Source: a virus (taxonomy: Duplodnaviria; Caudoviricetes). Taken from it: 42,605 nt of DNA. Below are positions 16,184 to 25,251 of this stretch, in pieces. The position numbers and the translations under genes are program-made. The stretch spans positions 1 to 42,605 of the IMG/VR virus record IMGVR_UViG_3300045285_000090. The stretch is one strand, 5' to 3'. How positions within the stretch are numbered: the first letter of the stretch is position 1; each line of letters begins with the position of its first letter. Below the pieces are notes generated by a model. The model was not told the origin of the DNA. It saw nothing but the letters and a program-made list of their open reading frames with translations, and made no database searches.

Positions 16184-16766
16184 CGAGCACCACCTCGAGC
16201 CACGCGGCGATCTGTTCGCGGTGGGTCGGCAGGTCCGGGTACTCCGACGTCCATCGATCGAAGCCGGCGTCGGTGAGCGCCGCGCGGATGCGGACCTCAT
16301 TGTGCTCGCGGCCGCGAACCTTGCGGATGTCGAAGTCGACGAGGAGCTCGGTGATCGCGTGGATCCAGCCGGTCTCGATCAGGCGATCGAGGATCAGGAC
16401 CTCAGCGCCCTCCGCGTTCAGGTTCACGACGATCTGCGGCACGTCGCGCGCGATCTCCTCGAAGAAGGACGCCGCATCCACGCAGCGGACCGTCGTTCGG
16501 ACCTGGGTGTCGACGTCGTCCTTCTCCGGGAAGACCGAGGCCTCGAGCTCATCGTTCGTCCCGTACATCGTGAGCGCGCCGTCGCGGTTCGCGAGCGCGA
16601 ACTCGTGCAGCTTCACGCGGGGCTCCGCGGTGAACCGCTGGCGGAGCACCGCAGCCTGGAACGGCATCGGCTCGATCGCATAGATCAGGTCGAACCCCCA
16701 GCGGGGCTCGAGGACCTCCTCGATCGTCTGGCCGACGTGGGAGCCGATGTCGACGAAGACTCTCAC
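16176..16766 (-). CDS. FkbM-family SAM methyltransferase
   Basis: FVDIGSHVG, YAIEP and LNAEGAE motifs; GTGA-coupled start 16766. Confidence 0.85.
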   Translation of the reverse strand: MRVFVDIGSHVGQTIEEVLEPRWGFDLIYAIEPMPFQAAVLRQRFTAEPRVKLHEFALANRDGALTMYGTNDELEASVFPEKDDVDTQVRTTVRCVDAASFFEEIARDVPQIVVNLNAEGAEVLILDRLIETGWIHAITELLVDFDIRKVRGREHNEVRIRAALTDAGFDRWTSEYPDLPTHREQIAAWLEVVLGV

Positions 16767-16930
16767 CGATGTGTGTCCCTGTAGAGCAGGGCCATCATCA
16801 CTCCGAAACTGGCGAACACGCCGACGAGCAGCCCGCAAGTGACGGCGTCATCACGCGCCCACCACGCGACGGGCGCCCCCACAACGACGAGCAGCGCCAG
16901 GAACCCAACAAGCTGCGCACGGTCAGTCAT
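16763..16930 (-). CDS. Small two-TM membrane protein
   Basis: 55 aa, coupled ATGA and GTGA on both sides, two hydrophobic helices. Confidence 0.6.
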   Translation of the reverse strand: MTDRAQLVGFLALLVVVGAPVAWWARDDAVTCGLLVGVFASFGVMMALLYRDTHR

Positions 16931-17475
16931 CGCTGCATCAGGAGGACGGCCTCCCAGCCCCACTGCGTACCCTCGGGTTGGCTCGGGTAGAAGATCTCCC
17001 TGACCTCGATCTCGGTCCCGTGGCGACCCACGATCTCGAACAGGTCAGGGCCAGAGATCGCGAGGTCCGGGACCGGCCACTCCGGGCCGCCGACGTCGAG
17101 GTCTTCGACCTGGGGCGGGATGAACAAGATCAACGCTGCGCGGTCGTGCCAGCTGTCGGTGAAGTTCGCTGCGATCGCCCGCCAGTCGAAGTTGTGCTCC
17201 AGGACGTGACGCATGACCGCGCACGGCACGTTCGAGCGGTAGGTCCGCAGATCAGCGTGGACGTCGGCGAAACGCGACCAGGCGCCGTCGACGCCGCGAT
17301 ACAGACCGCCCACGTAGCGCCGCATCCATGCGGTGCCGCAACCCCAATCCTCGACGAGACCACGCCCCGCGACCCATTCCGCCGCGAGCCGGTAGCTGAT
17401 CGTGTCGTCGTATGGGAACGGCTCCTTCACGTTGAAGTAGTTCCACTCGCCATAGAGCGTCGCTGCCGGCTTCAC
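16927..17475 (-). CDS. Class I SAM-dependent methyltransferase-like protein
   Basis: VEDWGCG motif I, YRGVD, RHVLEH. Confidence 0.75.
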   Translation of the reverse strand: MKPAATLYGEWNYFNVKEPFPYDDTISYRLAAEWVAGRGLVEDWGCGTAWMRRYVGGLYRGVDGAWSRFADVHADLRTYRSNVPCAVMRHVLEHNFDWRAIAANFTDSWHDRAALILFIPPQVEDLDVGGPEWPVPDLAISGPDLFEIVGRHGTEIEVREIFYPSQPEGTQWGWEAVLLMQR

Positions 17476-18182
17476 GCTTCTGCCTCCTCGTAGGGGCTCG
17501 GATCCGGGAAGAGGCTGCGGAGATACCGGCCAACGGCCGTGTGGGTGAACGATGAATCGGTCGTCGACAGGAACGGGCCCTCCTTAGACCACGCTTCTCT
17601 GTCGCCGAAGACCTTGACGTCGCGGTGTTCCTCGCCGCCGACATGATGGTGGTTCCCGTAGATCGTGCGCTTCAGCACGGCCACGGTCGGTGGATCGATC
17701 GCGAGCTCGAGAATCTCGAGGACCCCGGCCTTCGTCATCGGCATCGGCACGTGGAGCTCGTAGGACAGAAGGTCACCCATGAGATCCGCGAGCTTGCCCA
17801 TCGCCCTGACGAACGTGTGCTGGTTGCCCTTCGCGTACCGCGCTCGCTGCACCCGGAGCGGCCCGCCGTGCCACGTCGGGAAGTGCTCGCGCGGGTGCGT
17901 GATGAAGAAGTCGTCGTTCATCAGGACGAACGACTCGGCTACGTCTGGGTGCCGCGCCGCGGCCGTGAGGCTGAGCGCCGTGTGGTAGTGCGCTGTGCCC
18001 GCTCGTGGGACGGAGATCAGTCCATCCGGACGAGCCCAGCGTGGAGCGCCGCCAGCGATCCAGACGCGGCCATGCGGGACGTTCGCGAGGGATCGCAGGC
18101 TGTAGCGGAGCTCCTCATTCCGCCTCTGAGGACCAACGAGGTAGACAACATCAGGGTTGGAGGGTTGCCGGAGCTGGGTCAT
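17472..18182 (-). CDS. Stealth-family sugar-phosphotransferase-like protein
   Basis: DVVY, EELRYSLRSL and FVLMNDDFF motifs of Stealth CR1/CR2. Confidence 0.75.
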   Translation of the reverse strand: MTQLRQPSNPDVVYLVGPQRRNEELRYSLRSLANVPHGRVWIAGGAPRWARPDGLISVPRAGTAHYHTALSLTAAARHPDVAESFVLMNDDFFITHPREHFPTWHGGPLRVQRARYAKGNQHTFVRAMGKLADLMGDLLSYELHVPMPMTKAGVLEILELAIDPPTVAVLKRTIYGNHHHVGGEEHRDVKVFGDREAWSKEGPFLSTTDSSFTHTAVGRYLRSLFPDPSPYEEAEA

Positions 18183-18216
18183 CTGCACCCCAGCTCCGGC
18201 AACCACACCTCCGGAT

Positions 18217-19188
18217 CTACGATCCGAGGTTGATCTTCACCGCGCGGACGAACAGGTCGTCCTCGCCCGAGTCCTCCGGGTCTGTCGAGGGCACGAACTT
18301 GTCGCTGCCGTCAAAGTGGCCGGAGTCCGTGACGATGTTCGTCCCCACCCAGGCGTCGGACGCGAAGATGTTGACGATGTCGTCGGGGTCGAGCACCTGC
18401 ACGGCCCGGATCGCGAACCCGCCTGCCGACAGCGAGGCGCCCCATGGGGCTCCCTGCGGAACGAACGGCGCGCGCGTGTTCAGCGCGTAGGCCGTCCGGT
18501 GGAAGGCGAAACCCTCATCAGGCGCGAGCGCGTTGGAGATGAACGTCTCGAAGCCCGCCAGGCGGCCGATCGAGGCGTCGCTCAACGCGTTCACGGCTCG
18601 CTGTCCGCCGCCGTCGTTGCGGGCGAGCTGCGGGGACTTGAGGATCGCGGCCTCCATCGAGGACCCCACGACCGCGAACCGCTCCGACATCGGCACGTTC
18701 GCATCGTTCAGGACCTTGCGGGCGTCCACGAGCGCGTCGTAGGGGCCCTGGTCCGTCGGGTCCATCGTCACCTCGGGGTTGTCGTAGGTCGCGTCCGAGA
18801 TCAGCGTCGCGATCTCGTCCTCGTACCCACGCACGATCCCGCCGAGCGCCGGCTGGACGACGCCCCGCATGAAGTCCCGGATGTCGAGCGTGAGCTCTTC
18901 GTCCGAGATCGGGATGTCGACCTGCAGGTCGGACGTGAGGGTCACGTCCACCTTCCGCTCGTTCAGCTTCGAACGGACCCGCGCGTCGTTGGATCGCAGG
19001 TCCCGCTTGTTCGCCGACACGTAGGCCGGGACCCGGATCGAGATCGTGTCGTCCTTCGCGCCGCGGAAGTCTCCCGCCGCGTCGCGCCAGACCAACGCGG
19101 GCAACACGATCTCACGCTGGAGCAGCGCGAGGGCCGTGTCGACCACGACGGTCGGCTTGATCGCTCCGAATCCATCGGAGGTGGCCAT
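18217..19188 (-). CDS. Major capsid protein (P22-coat-like family)
   Basis: DFRGAKDDTISIRVP, IGRLAGF and FAFHRTA motifs; follows the scaffold gene. Confidence 0.9.
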   Translation of the reverse strand: MATSDGFGAIKPTVVVDTALALLQREIVLPALVWRDAAGDFRGAKDDTISIRVPAYVSANKRDLRSNDARVRSKLNERKVDVTLTSDLQVDIPISDEELTLDIRDFMRGVVQPALGGIVRGYEDEIATLISDATYDNPEVTMDPTDQGPYDALVDARKVLNDANVPMSERFAVVGSSMEAAILKSPQLARNDGGGQRAVNALSDASIGRLAGFETFISNALAPDEGFAFHRTAYALNTRAPFVPQGAPWGASLSAGGFAIRAVQVLDPDDIVNIFASDAWVGTNIVTDSGHFDGSDKFVPSTDPEDSGEDDLFVRAVKINLGS

Positions 19189-19231
19189 GGGTCACTCTCT
19201 TTCTGGCCCACGTCCGATGGACGGGGTCCGG

Positions 19232-19819
19232 TCAGCCCAAGGGGCTGCGAGGCAGATCCTTGAGCAGTTCGTCCTTGGTGACGTCGTTGGCCGCGGCGTT
19301 GCCGCGAGGGCCCTGGTCGAAGTTCCCGCCGCCGAAGTAGGTCGGGCGGGACTTCTTCAGCTCCTCGACGAGCTCGGTCGCGTTGGTCACTTCGCCCTCG
19401 GCGTCGTACTCGATCTTCGAGTCGTCGATCAGACGGAAGACGTCCTCAGGGTTGGTGGCCTTGGCCTTCGACGCTGCTGCAACGAGTGCGGCCCGTGTGC
19501 CCTTGGTCACGGCGGCCTTCTTCGCCTGCTCGAGCTGAGCCTCCATGTCCGCGAGACGCTTGACGGTCTTCTCCTCCTCGGAGAGCTTCGCCGCTGCGGC
19601 AGCCTCGTCATCCTTCTTCTTCTGCTCAGCCGCGGCAGCACGCTCGTCGCGGTACTTCTTGTTGTCGGCTAGCAGCTCGTCGACCTTCTTCTGTTGCTCG
19701 GCGAGGGTCTGTTGCAGCTTCGCCACGTCTGCCGGATCTCCCTGAGATCCCTTGTTGTCGTCCCCCTGGGACTTTCCGGGGTCGCCTCCCTGAGACGCGC
19801 CGGGGTCGGGCTGTGACAT
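19232..19819 (-). CDS. Capsid scaffolding protein
   Basis: Charged coiled coil between portal and capsid; LKKSRPTYF motif. Confidence 0.82.
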   Translation of the reverse strand: MSQPDPGASQGGDPGKSQGDDNKGSQGDPADVAKLQQTLAEQQKKVDELLADNKKYRDERAAAAEQKKKDDEAAAAAKLSEEEKTVKRLADMEAQLEQAKKAAVTKGTRAALVAAASKAKATNPEDVFRLIDDSKIEYDAEGEVTNATELVEELKKSRPTYFGGGNFDQGPRGNAAANDVTKDELLKDLPRSPLG

Positions 19820-19865
19820 GGATCCGAACTCCTTCCCTGGGTCCCCTGGACCCGATCGGATGGGG

Positions 19866-21389
19866 CTACTGCGTCGGTGCGGGTAGTGCAGGCGGCGCCG
19901 GTGGTTTCACGACCGGTGCACCCTTCGCGAGAAGCTCACGGATCCGGGCCATGTCCTGCGTGGAGAACATCCCGGACTTCTCGATCAAGATCTCAGCCGG
20001 CACACCCAGCGTGCTGAGCTTGATGATCGCGTCGATGTGCTCAGACTCCGAGCGCGACTCGGGGTCTGCCCAGATCGTCTCCGCCGCGCGAGCGGCGTTG
20101 GCCTTGTCGGACTTGCCCTGGGCAACGAACGCGAGGCGGATCACCTCTTCCCAGGCCTCACCGAAGTGGCGCTGGCGGCGCTTCACCTTCGACACGAGCC
20201 CGGTCTCCGCCGCCTTCAGGCTCTCGCCGGACGGGAAGTTTCCCGAGTGGGCCAAGAAGTAGTGCGGAGGCGTGCTCGAGCGCGACGCGAGGTGCTGCAC
20301 GGCCATGGCGATCGCGCCCGTGTAGTTCCCGAGCTCCGATGCCGGCAATGTCCCGAACTTGGCGTCGGGATCCGAGGCCATGAGGAAGTGGTCGAGCGCC
20401 ATCTTCATGACGTCGATCTTCTGGTGGGTCTCAGGATCGACGACGTCTTCGATGCCGGTCGCCCACCGCTGCACGAAGCCGGAGAACTCCGAGGCGACGA
20501 GCATGTCCATGAACAGCTTGTTGATCGCGTCCTGCAGCGGGATCAGCTGGCCGATCTCCGAGCGTCCTTCGGACAACAGGCTCGGCCGGTTCGGGAACGG
20601 CACGAAGGGCACGACCCCCAGCGTGTTGGCCATCGGCCACGTCTCGTCGGCCGGGAGGCCCTCGCGTTGCACCCACTCGATCGCCGATGAGACGACACCC
20701 GTGGTCTTCTTCTTCGACTGGTACTTGTAGATCTCGGTCGGCAGGTACACCGTCGCGTAGGTGAGCCCGGTGACGTCGTCGTGCCACTTCTTCAGGCCCG
20801 CGAGCCGCCGGCGCCGGTAGTCCGGGGCGCACTCCACGATCACCTGCTGAGCGCTTTCGGGCGTGATGATCGGGTACTCGCCGCCGTCGCGGGCCGGCCC
20901 GACGCTCACGTAGGCGATCTTGTCCACGAGCGCGCTCGCGTGCAGCTCGTGGGAGCCCGCGTCGAGGTCGTTGGCCTGCCAGATGTCCCAGGCCTCGGAG
21001 TCGCCGGTGGTGAGCTCCTCGGTCGCAGCTTCAGGGTCCGTGCTCGCATCAGGCTTGGTGTCGCCCGGGATGCGGAAGCCCTGCACGTCCAGCCGTTCAG
21101 CGACCGCGTCGACGACGATCTCCATCCAGTTGTCCGCGAACGCCTTGAACTTGTCGCCGAACGCCTTCTTGAACTGCTCGGTCGCGAACGCGAGCTTCTG
21201 ACGCCCGTCGTAGTAGGACTCGTAGGTCTCGATCTCGCCTTGACGCTTCGAGAGCTTCGTGTCGAGCCGCTTGAGCCACTGCAGCGGATCCGTGATGTCC
21301 GTGATCGCGACCGGAGCGGTTGGGTCCACCGGTGGCGCCGGACCCGGTCCCTCTCCATTCAGGATCCCGTCGATGGCCGACGTGCTCAA
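19866..21389 (-). CDS. Portal protein (SPP1 gp6-like)
   Basis: YYDG, NWMEIVVDAVAERL, LGVVPFVPF and SGESLKAAE motifs. Confidence 0.92.
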   Translation of the reverse strand: MSTSAIDGILNGEGPGPAPPVDPTAPVAITDITDPLQWLKRLDTKLSKRQGEIETYESYYDGRQKLAFATEQFKKAFGDKFKAFADNWMEIVVDAVAERLDVQGFRIPGDTKPDASTDPEAATEELTTGDSEAWDIWQANDLDAGSHELHASALVDKIAYVSVGPARDGGEYPIITPESAQQVIVECAPDYRRRRLAGLKKWHDDVTGLTYATVYLPTEIYKYQSKKKTTGVVSSAIEWVQREGLPADETWPMANTLGVVPFVPFPNRPSLLSEGRSEIGQLIPLQDAINKLFMDMLVASEFSGFVQRWATGIEDVVDPETHQKIDVMKMALDHFLMASDPDAKFGTLPASELGNYTGAIAMAVQHLASRSSTPPHYFLAHSGNFPSGESLKAAETGLVSKVKRRQRHFGEAWEEVIRLAFVAQGKSDKANAARAAETIWADPESRSESEHIDAIIKLSTLGVPAEILIEKSGMFSTQDMARIRELLAKGAPVVKPPAPPALPAPTQ

Positions 21390-21414
21390 AGGTCCTCACC
21401 CATCGGCCAGCCTC

Positions 21415-22704
21415 CTAGAACCCGATGCCCGCGACCCGAGAGCTCTTCGTCGATTCGAGGACCGCATAGGCGAGCGTGTCCACGAAGTCGTCGTGCTCCC
21501 CCACCGGGAAGGCGAGCAGCTCGGCCTCGCACGCATCCATCACGGGAACCTGTGCCGGCCGCGGGAACCATACCTGCCCGTTCTCCATGAACGCCGTGAC
21601 CGGCAGGGCCCGAGCTTGCTTGTCCTTGTCGGCCCGAACCTCTCGGACCGGGAGTCCGTTTCGCTTGGCCTCCTGGAAGATCGAGAGCTGACGCGTCGCC
21701 CGCTCCACGAGGAAGAACCCCAGCTGGAACCGCTCGAAGGCCTGCCGCATCTTCTTCACGATGTCGGGGCCTTCGATGTGGTCACGGATCACGTCGAGCA
21801 AGATCAGATGGCGCTGCGGCGTGAGCGCCCAGCTCGAGATCACCGTGTAGTCGGCGCGCTCCTCGAGCGACCAGGCGAGGTCGACGGTCGCGAAGCGCTT
21901 GCACGTCGCGGCCGGGACCGCGTTGGCATCGCCGAGGTTGTAGACCGGCTTGCCGCGACCGTCCTGGCCGGGCCACCAGTAGCGGATCCACTCGCGGTAG
22001 AACATCCCCGCGCCGTAGGTGACGAACTCGGCCTCGATCTCCTGCCGGCGAACGAGGGTCGACATCCCTTCGACGAGCGACTCGAGCTCCTCAGGATCGA
22101 GGAACGGGTTGTCCCTCGATTGGAAGTGGAACGCCCGCCAGTCCTTGCGGACCTGGGCGTCCTGGTCGATGCCGTGCATCCAGTTCAGGCCCTTCGGCGT
22201 GAACAGGAACAGACCCCAGCCTCGCTTATCGATCAGGGTCGGGCGGATCGTCTCGGTCCAGAGCTGCTCTTGGAGCAGCGACGCCTCGTCGAGGACCGCG
22301 CCGTCCAGACCGAGGCCTCGGCCGGAGTCCACGTTGTCGCCGGTCAGCATCATGATCGAGCCGCCGGTCGGCAAGATCACCCGGTGGTTCGCCTCTTCGA
22401 CTCGGTGTCCGGGGATCTGGCCCGCGATCGCTCGGATCGGCTCCCAGTCCGCGACGATGTACCGGGCGGTCATCGAAGGAACCCACCAGCCGATGTCGCC
22501 GCCCTGCAACGCGCCCTTCATCCAGCGATCCGTGCCTTGGTATCCCGTGAACGCTTGGATGACCCCGAGCCCGGACTTCCGCCAGCGGCGGCCGGCCCTG
22601 AGCACCTTGAATCTCGCCGGATCGTTCAAGACCTCGACCTGACCGGGATGCAAGGTAGGCGGGACGAACTCGATGTCGCCCTGGGGCGCCGCGGTCTTCG
22701 TCAC
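21415..22704 (-). CDS. terL: Terminase large subunit
   Basis: Walker A-like AGRRWRKS, Walker B VLDEA, TPKG motif III, nuclease VDLA...DYT...HDDFVD. Confidence 0.93.
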   Translation of the reverse strand: MTKTAAPQGDIEFVPPTLHPGQVEVLNDPARFKVLRAGRRWRKSGLGVIQAFTGYQGTDRWMKGALQGGDIGWWVPSMTARYIVADWEPIRAIAGQIPGHRVEEANHRVILPTGGSIMMLTGDNVDSGRGLGLDGAVLDEASLLQEQLWTETIRPTLIDKRGWGLFLFTPKGLNWMHGIDQDAQVRKDWRAFHFQSRDNPFLDPEELESLVEGMSTLVRRQEIEAEFVTYGAGMFYREWIRYWWPGQDGRGKPVYNLGDANAVPAATCKRFATVDLAWSLEERADYTVISSWALTPQRHLILLDVIRDHIEGPDIVKKMRQAFERFQLGFFLVERATRQLSIFQEAKRNGLPVREVRADKDKQARALPVTAFMENGQVWFPRPAQVPVMDACEAELLAFPVGEHDDFVDTLAYAVLESTKSSRVAGIGF

Positions 22705-23096
22705 CGCGGCGGTTCGCTACCGGTGGGCCAGACCACCTCGATCTTGATCGGCCCGTCAGACGGCCCCGCGACTTCGTGGCGCTCACGCTTGGCGTAGTCA
22801 TCGGGGAACCGCCGCTCCAGGAAGGTCATCGCCGCCCGCCAGTCGTCGGGTGCCTTCTCCCGGATGACGCCGATCATCTCCTCGGCCACCTGGGCATTTG
22901 CCCTCGCGACGTCCTCCGCGAACATGCGGTAGGAGCTCCGCGGGTTGGTCGCGGCCTCGCCCTTGGCGAGCCACTGGTAGACCGTCTTCCGGCTGACGCC
23001 GGCGAGGGCCGCTGCATGGCCCAGGGTGTTGCCCCGGGCAATCGCCTCGACGATCGCCTTCCGTCGCGCGGCCGTGAACTTCGAGGATGCTGCCAT
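22701..23096 (-). CDS. terS: Terminase small subunit
   Basis: HTH AAALAGVSRKTVYQW, DWRAAMTFLERRFP; directly upstream of terL. Confidence 0.8.
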   Translation of the reverse strand: MAASSKFTAARRKAIVEAIARGNTLGHAAALAGVSRKTVYQWLAKGEAATNPRSSYRMFAEDVARANAQVAEEMIGVIREKAPDDWRAAMTFLERRFPDDYAKRERHEVAGPSDGPIKIEVVWPTGSEPPR

Positions 23097-23196
23097 CGGT
23101 GCCCCCCTGGGGCCGTGGCGACGCCCCCCTGGGACGTCACCCATGTCACCGTTGAAAAACCGGAGATTTCTGTCTGCGCCTGTCCCTGCAGGAAGT

Positions 23197-24102
23197 TCAC
23201 ACCTGAAGAGGGTCTACCCCCCACGGCAACGCCGTCGCGAGTTGCAGGAACGCATCGAGGGACTGGGGCGTGGTGTCGATCCGGTAGTCCTGTCCGCCGA
23301 AGTTCGTGGCAGCCACGTTGGAGTACTCGAAGAACATCATCTTCCAGGCTTGGAGATATGGGATGGCGTCGAGGTACCAGTTCGCCTTGAAGTTCCCGTC
23401 GGTGGTGATCTCCGCGACACCGCACTCCTCGATGGCGAAGGGCTTGTTACGTGCCACCGCGAAGGCTGCCGCCGCGCCGAACACGTCGTTGAACGACTTG
23501 GGCTTCTGACCCGAGGACTCGTCGCGTGAGTAGCCGTCGCTAGCGATGAAGTCACACGACATCGTCGTGGGTATCCACGCGGCTGGGTGACCTCGCCGGA
23601 AGGTGCTCCCCATGAGGCACACGCCGATGGGGATGCTGCGCGGCACCCCGAACTTCCGCATGACCCGGTAGAAGCGGGTGAACGCGCCGACGAAGTCCCA
23701 GGTCGTCCCGCACCGGCCCTGACCCGCCGGTGCCATGTCGGTCGTGTCGTCCTCGGGTTCGTGGTGGAACACGACGTAACTGGCGGGGTATCCGGCGTCC
23801 TTCAACTCCTGCGCCCATGCGCGGATGCGGTCGTCGTAGCGCCGTTTCGCGATGTCGGCCCACGGGATCGACGTTCCGTCAGCCTCGAAAGCGTGCGGGA
23901 CGAACAGGCACTTCTTGCCCGCCGCGATGGCCTGGGTGCCCGCATCGTCGAACAGCGGATCGGACCAGTTGCGGTAGCGGCGCACCACGTCAACGCTGCG
24001 GCCTGACGGTGCTATCTGCTGTTCGAACGCCTGGACGCCCGCCCAAATGTTCGCCGGACGGTCCTGGATCCCGACGCCCATCTCCGTCACATGCGTGGCC
24101 AT
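23197..24102 (-). CDS. Glycoside hydrolase, GH26-like (clan A TIM barrel)
   Basis: FHHEPE (acid/base), DFIASDGY, KPFAIEECG (nucleophile). Confidence 0.7.
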   Translation of the reverse strand: MATHVTEMGVGIQDRPANIWAGVQAFEQQIAPSGRSVDVVRRYRNWSDPLFDDAGTQAIAAGKKCLFVPHAFEADGTSIPWADIAKRRYDDRIRAWAQELKDAGYPASYVVFHHEPEDDTTDMAPAGQGRCGTTWDFVGAFTRFYRVMRKFGVPRSIPIGVCLMGSTFRRGHPAAWIPTTMSCDFIASDGYSRDESSGQKPKSFNDVFGAAAAFAVARNKPFAIEECGVAEITTDGNFKANWYLDAIPYLQAWKMMFFEYSNVAATNFGGQDYRIDTTPQSLDAFLQLATALPWGVDPLQV

Positions 24103-24223
24103 AAGCCGAGACCTCCCCTTTCCTCAGAACACGGCCAGCGGCTTGCGGAGACCCTTGGTCGCCGCCCCGTCCGACGGGTCGCGCACCCTGGGAAGGTGCA
24201 GGGTCCCTTGGGTTTGTGGGGCA

Positions 24224-24901
24224 TCAGGCGATCTTCTGGAGAACAAGGTACCCATTAGCCAGGGCGAGGTCGTCACCCGATGTCTGAGAGAAGGCCAGGA
24301 CGAATGCCAACGGCGCGAGCGCCGGATCCACGTGGAACACACCGCTACATCTCACGCCTTCGCCCGAAACGACCTGCTCGGCTGCCGAGACTGCCCGCTG
24401 AGCCGGATCAGAGGCCCCGACGAAGATGTCGTCCACTGTGGCAAAGACGTTGTCGATACTGATCAGGCTGAGCAGGTAATGGCCGGTCGTGTTTTCCAGC
24501 GTCGTGGGGTTGACCAACGCGAAGGGGGCATATGTACCGGCCGGAAGGGATAGCCAATGGCCCTCCGGAAAGGACTCGCCCCAGTAGTCAGGTGAGTCGT
24601 AGGTCCCGACACCTAGCCATCCGTCAGGGTCCGCGGCGGCAGGAGGCGTCGTGAGCGTCAGCTCGAGATAGTTGTTCACGGACGGCGCTGCAACCGTCGC
24701 CGGGATATTGAACCGCGCCCCCACGAACCCACCGCCGCCCACCGGATGCATCGCTGCCTCGACCGCATCGATCAGCGCCTCTGCGCCGTCCAGATCCCCA
24801 GCCGTGATGAGACGGTTCGCGTGGTAGATCTGCTTCAGTCGCGAGGGCTCCTGGGCGTCGAGCTCACGGATCCGCCAGAGCAGGTCATCAGCGGTCGTCA
24901 C
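24224..24901 (-). CDS. Hypothetical virion-associated protein
   Basis: Helical N-terminus, GGGG linker, beta-rich C-terminal domain with atypical codon use. Confidence 0.6.
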   Translation of the reverse strand: MTTADDLLWRIRELDAQEPSRLKQIYHANRLITAGDLDGAEALIDAVEAAMHPVGGGGFVGARFNIPATVAAPSVNNYLELTLTTPPAAADPDGWLGVGTYDSPDYWGESFPEGHWLSLPAGTYAPFALVNPTTLENTTGHYLLSLISIDNVFATVDDIFVGASDPAQRAVSAAEQVVSGEGVRCSGVFHVDPALAPLAFVLAFSQTSGDDLALANGYLVLQKIA

Positions 24902-25251
24902 GACTCCGCCTCCCCGATCGACGGGATGATCCTGAGCTGTACCGAGATCGGTGTGGCCGGTCCATCGTCACCGTCGACCCTGATGTCTCCGAGGAGCGTG
25001 CCCCAGGCGTTGGGGACGTCGACGAGATCGGCTGCGTTGATCGTGAGCGTCGCCGTACCTTGGTCGTCACCGAGCGCGATACCGTCGCCGATGGTCTTGG
25101 AGAAGAGCACATCACCGAGGGGCCTGTAGGCGAAGCTCGCCGTGATGCCGTCTTCTGCGGTCAGGTCGACCGCTGCGCCGTCGACGTCGGTGATCGTGAA
25201 CGGGAAGACCTCGGTGTCGCCGTGGTGGATCGTGATCTCAGCTGTCGACAT
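24898..25251 (-). CDS. BppU-N-like adaptor domain protein
   Basis: IHHGDT...FTITD.DG.AVDLT...LTINAAD pattern. Confidence 0.55.
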   Translation of the reverse strand: MSTAEITIHHGDTEVFPFTITDVDGAAVDLTAEDGITASFAYRPLGDVLFSKTIGDGIALGDDQGTATLTINAADLVDVPNAWGTLLGDIRVDGDDGPATPISVQLRIIPSIGEAES

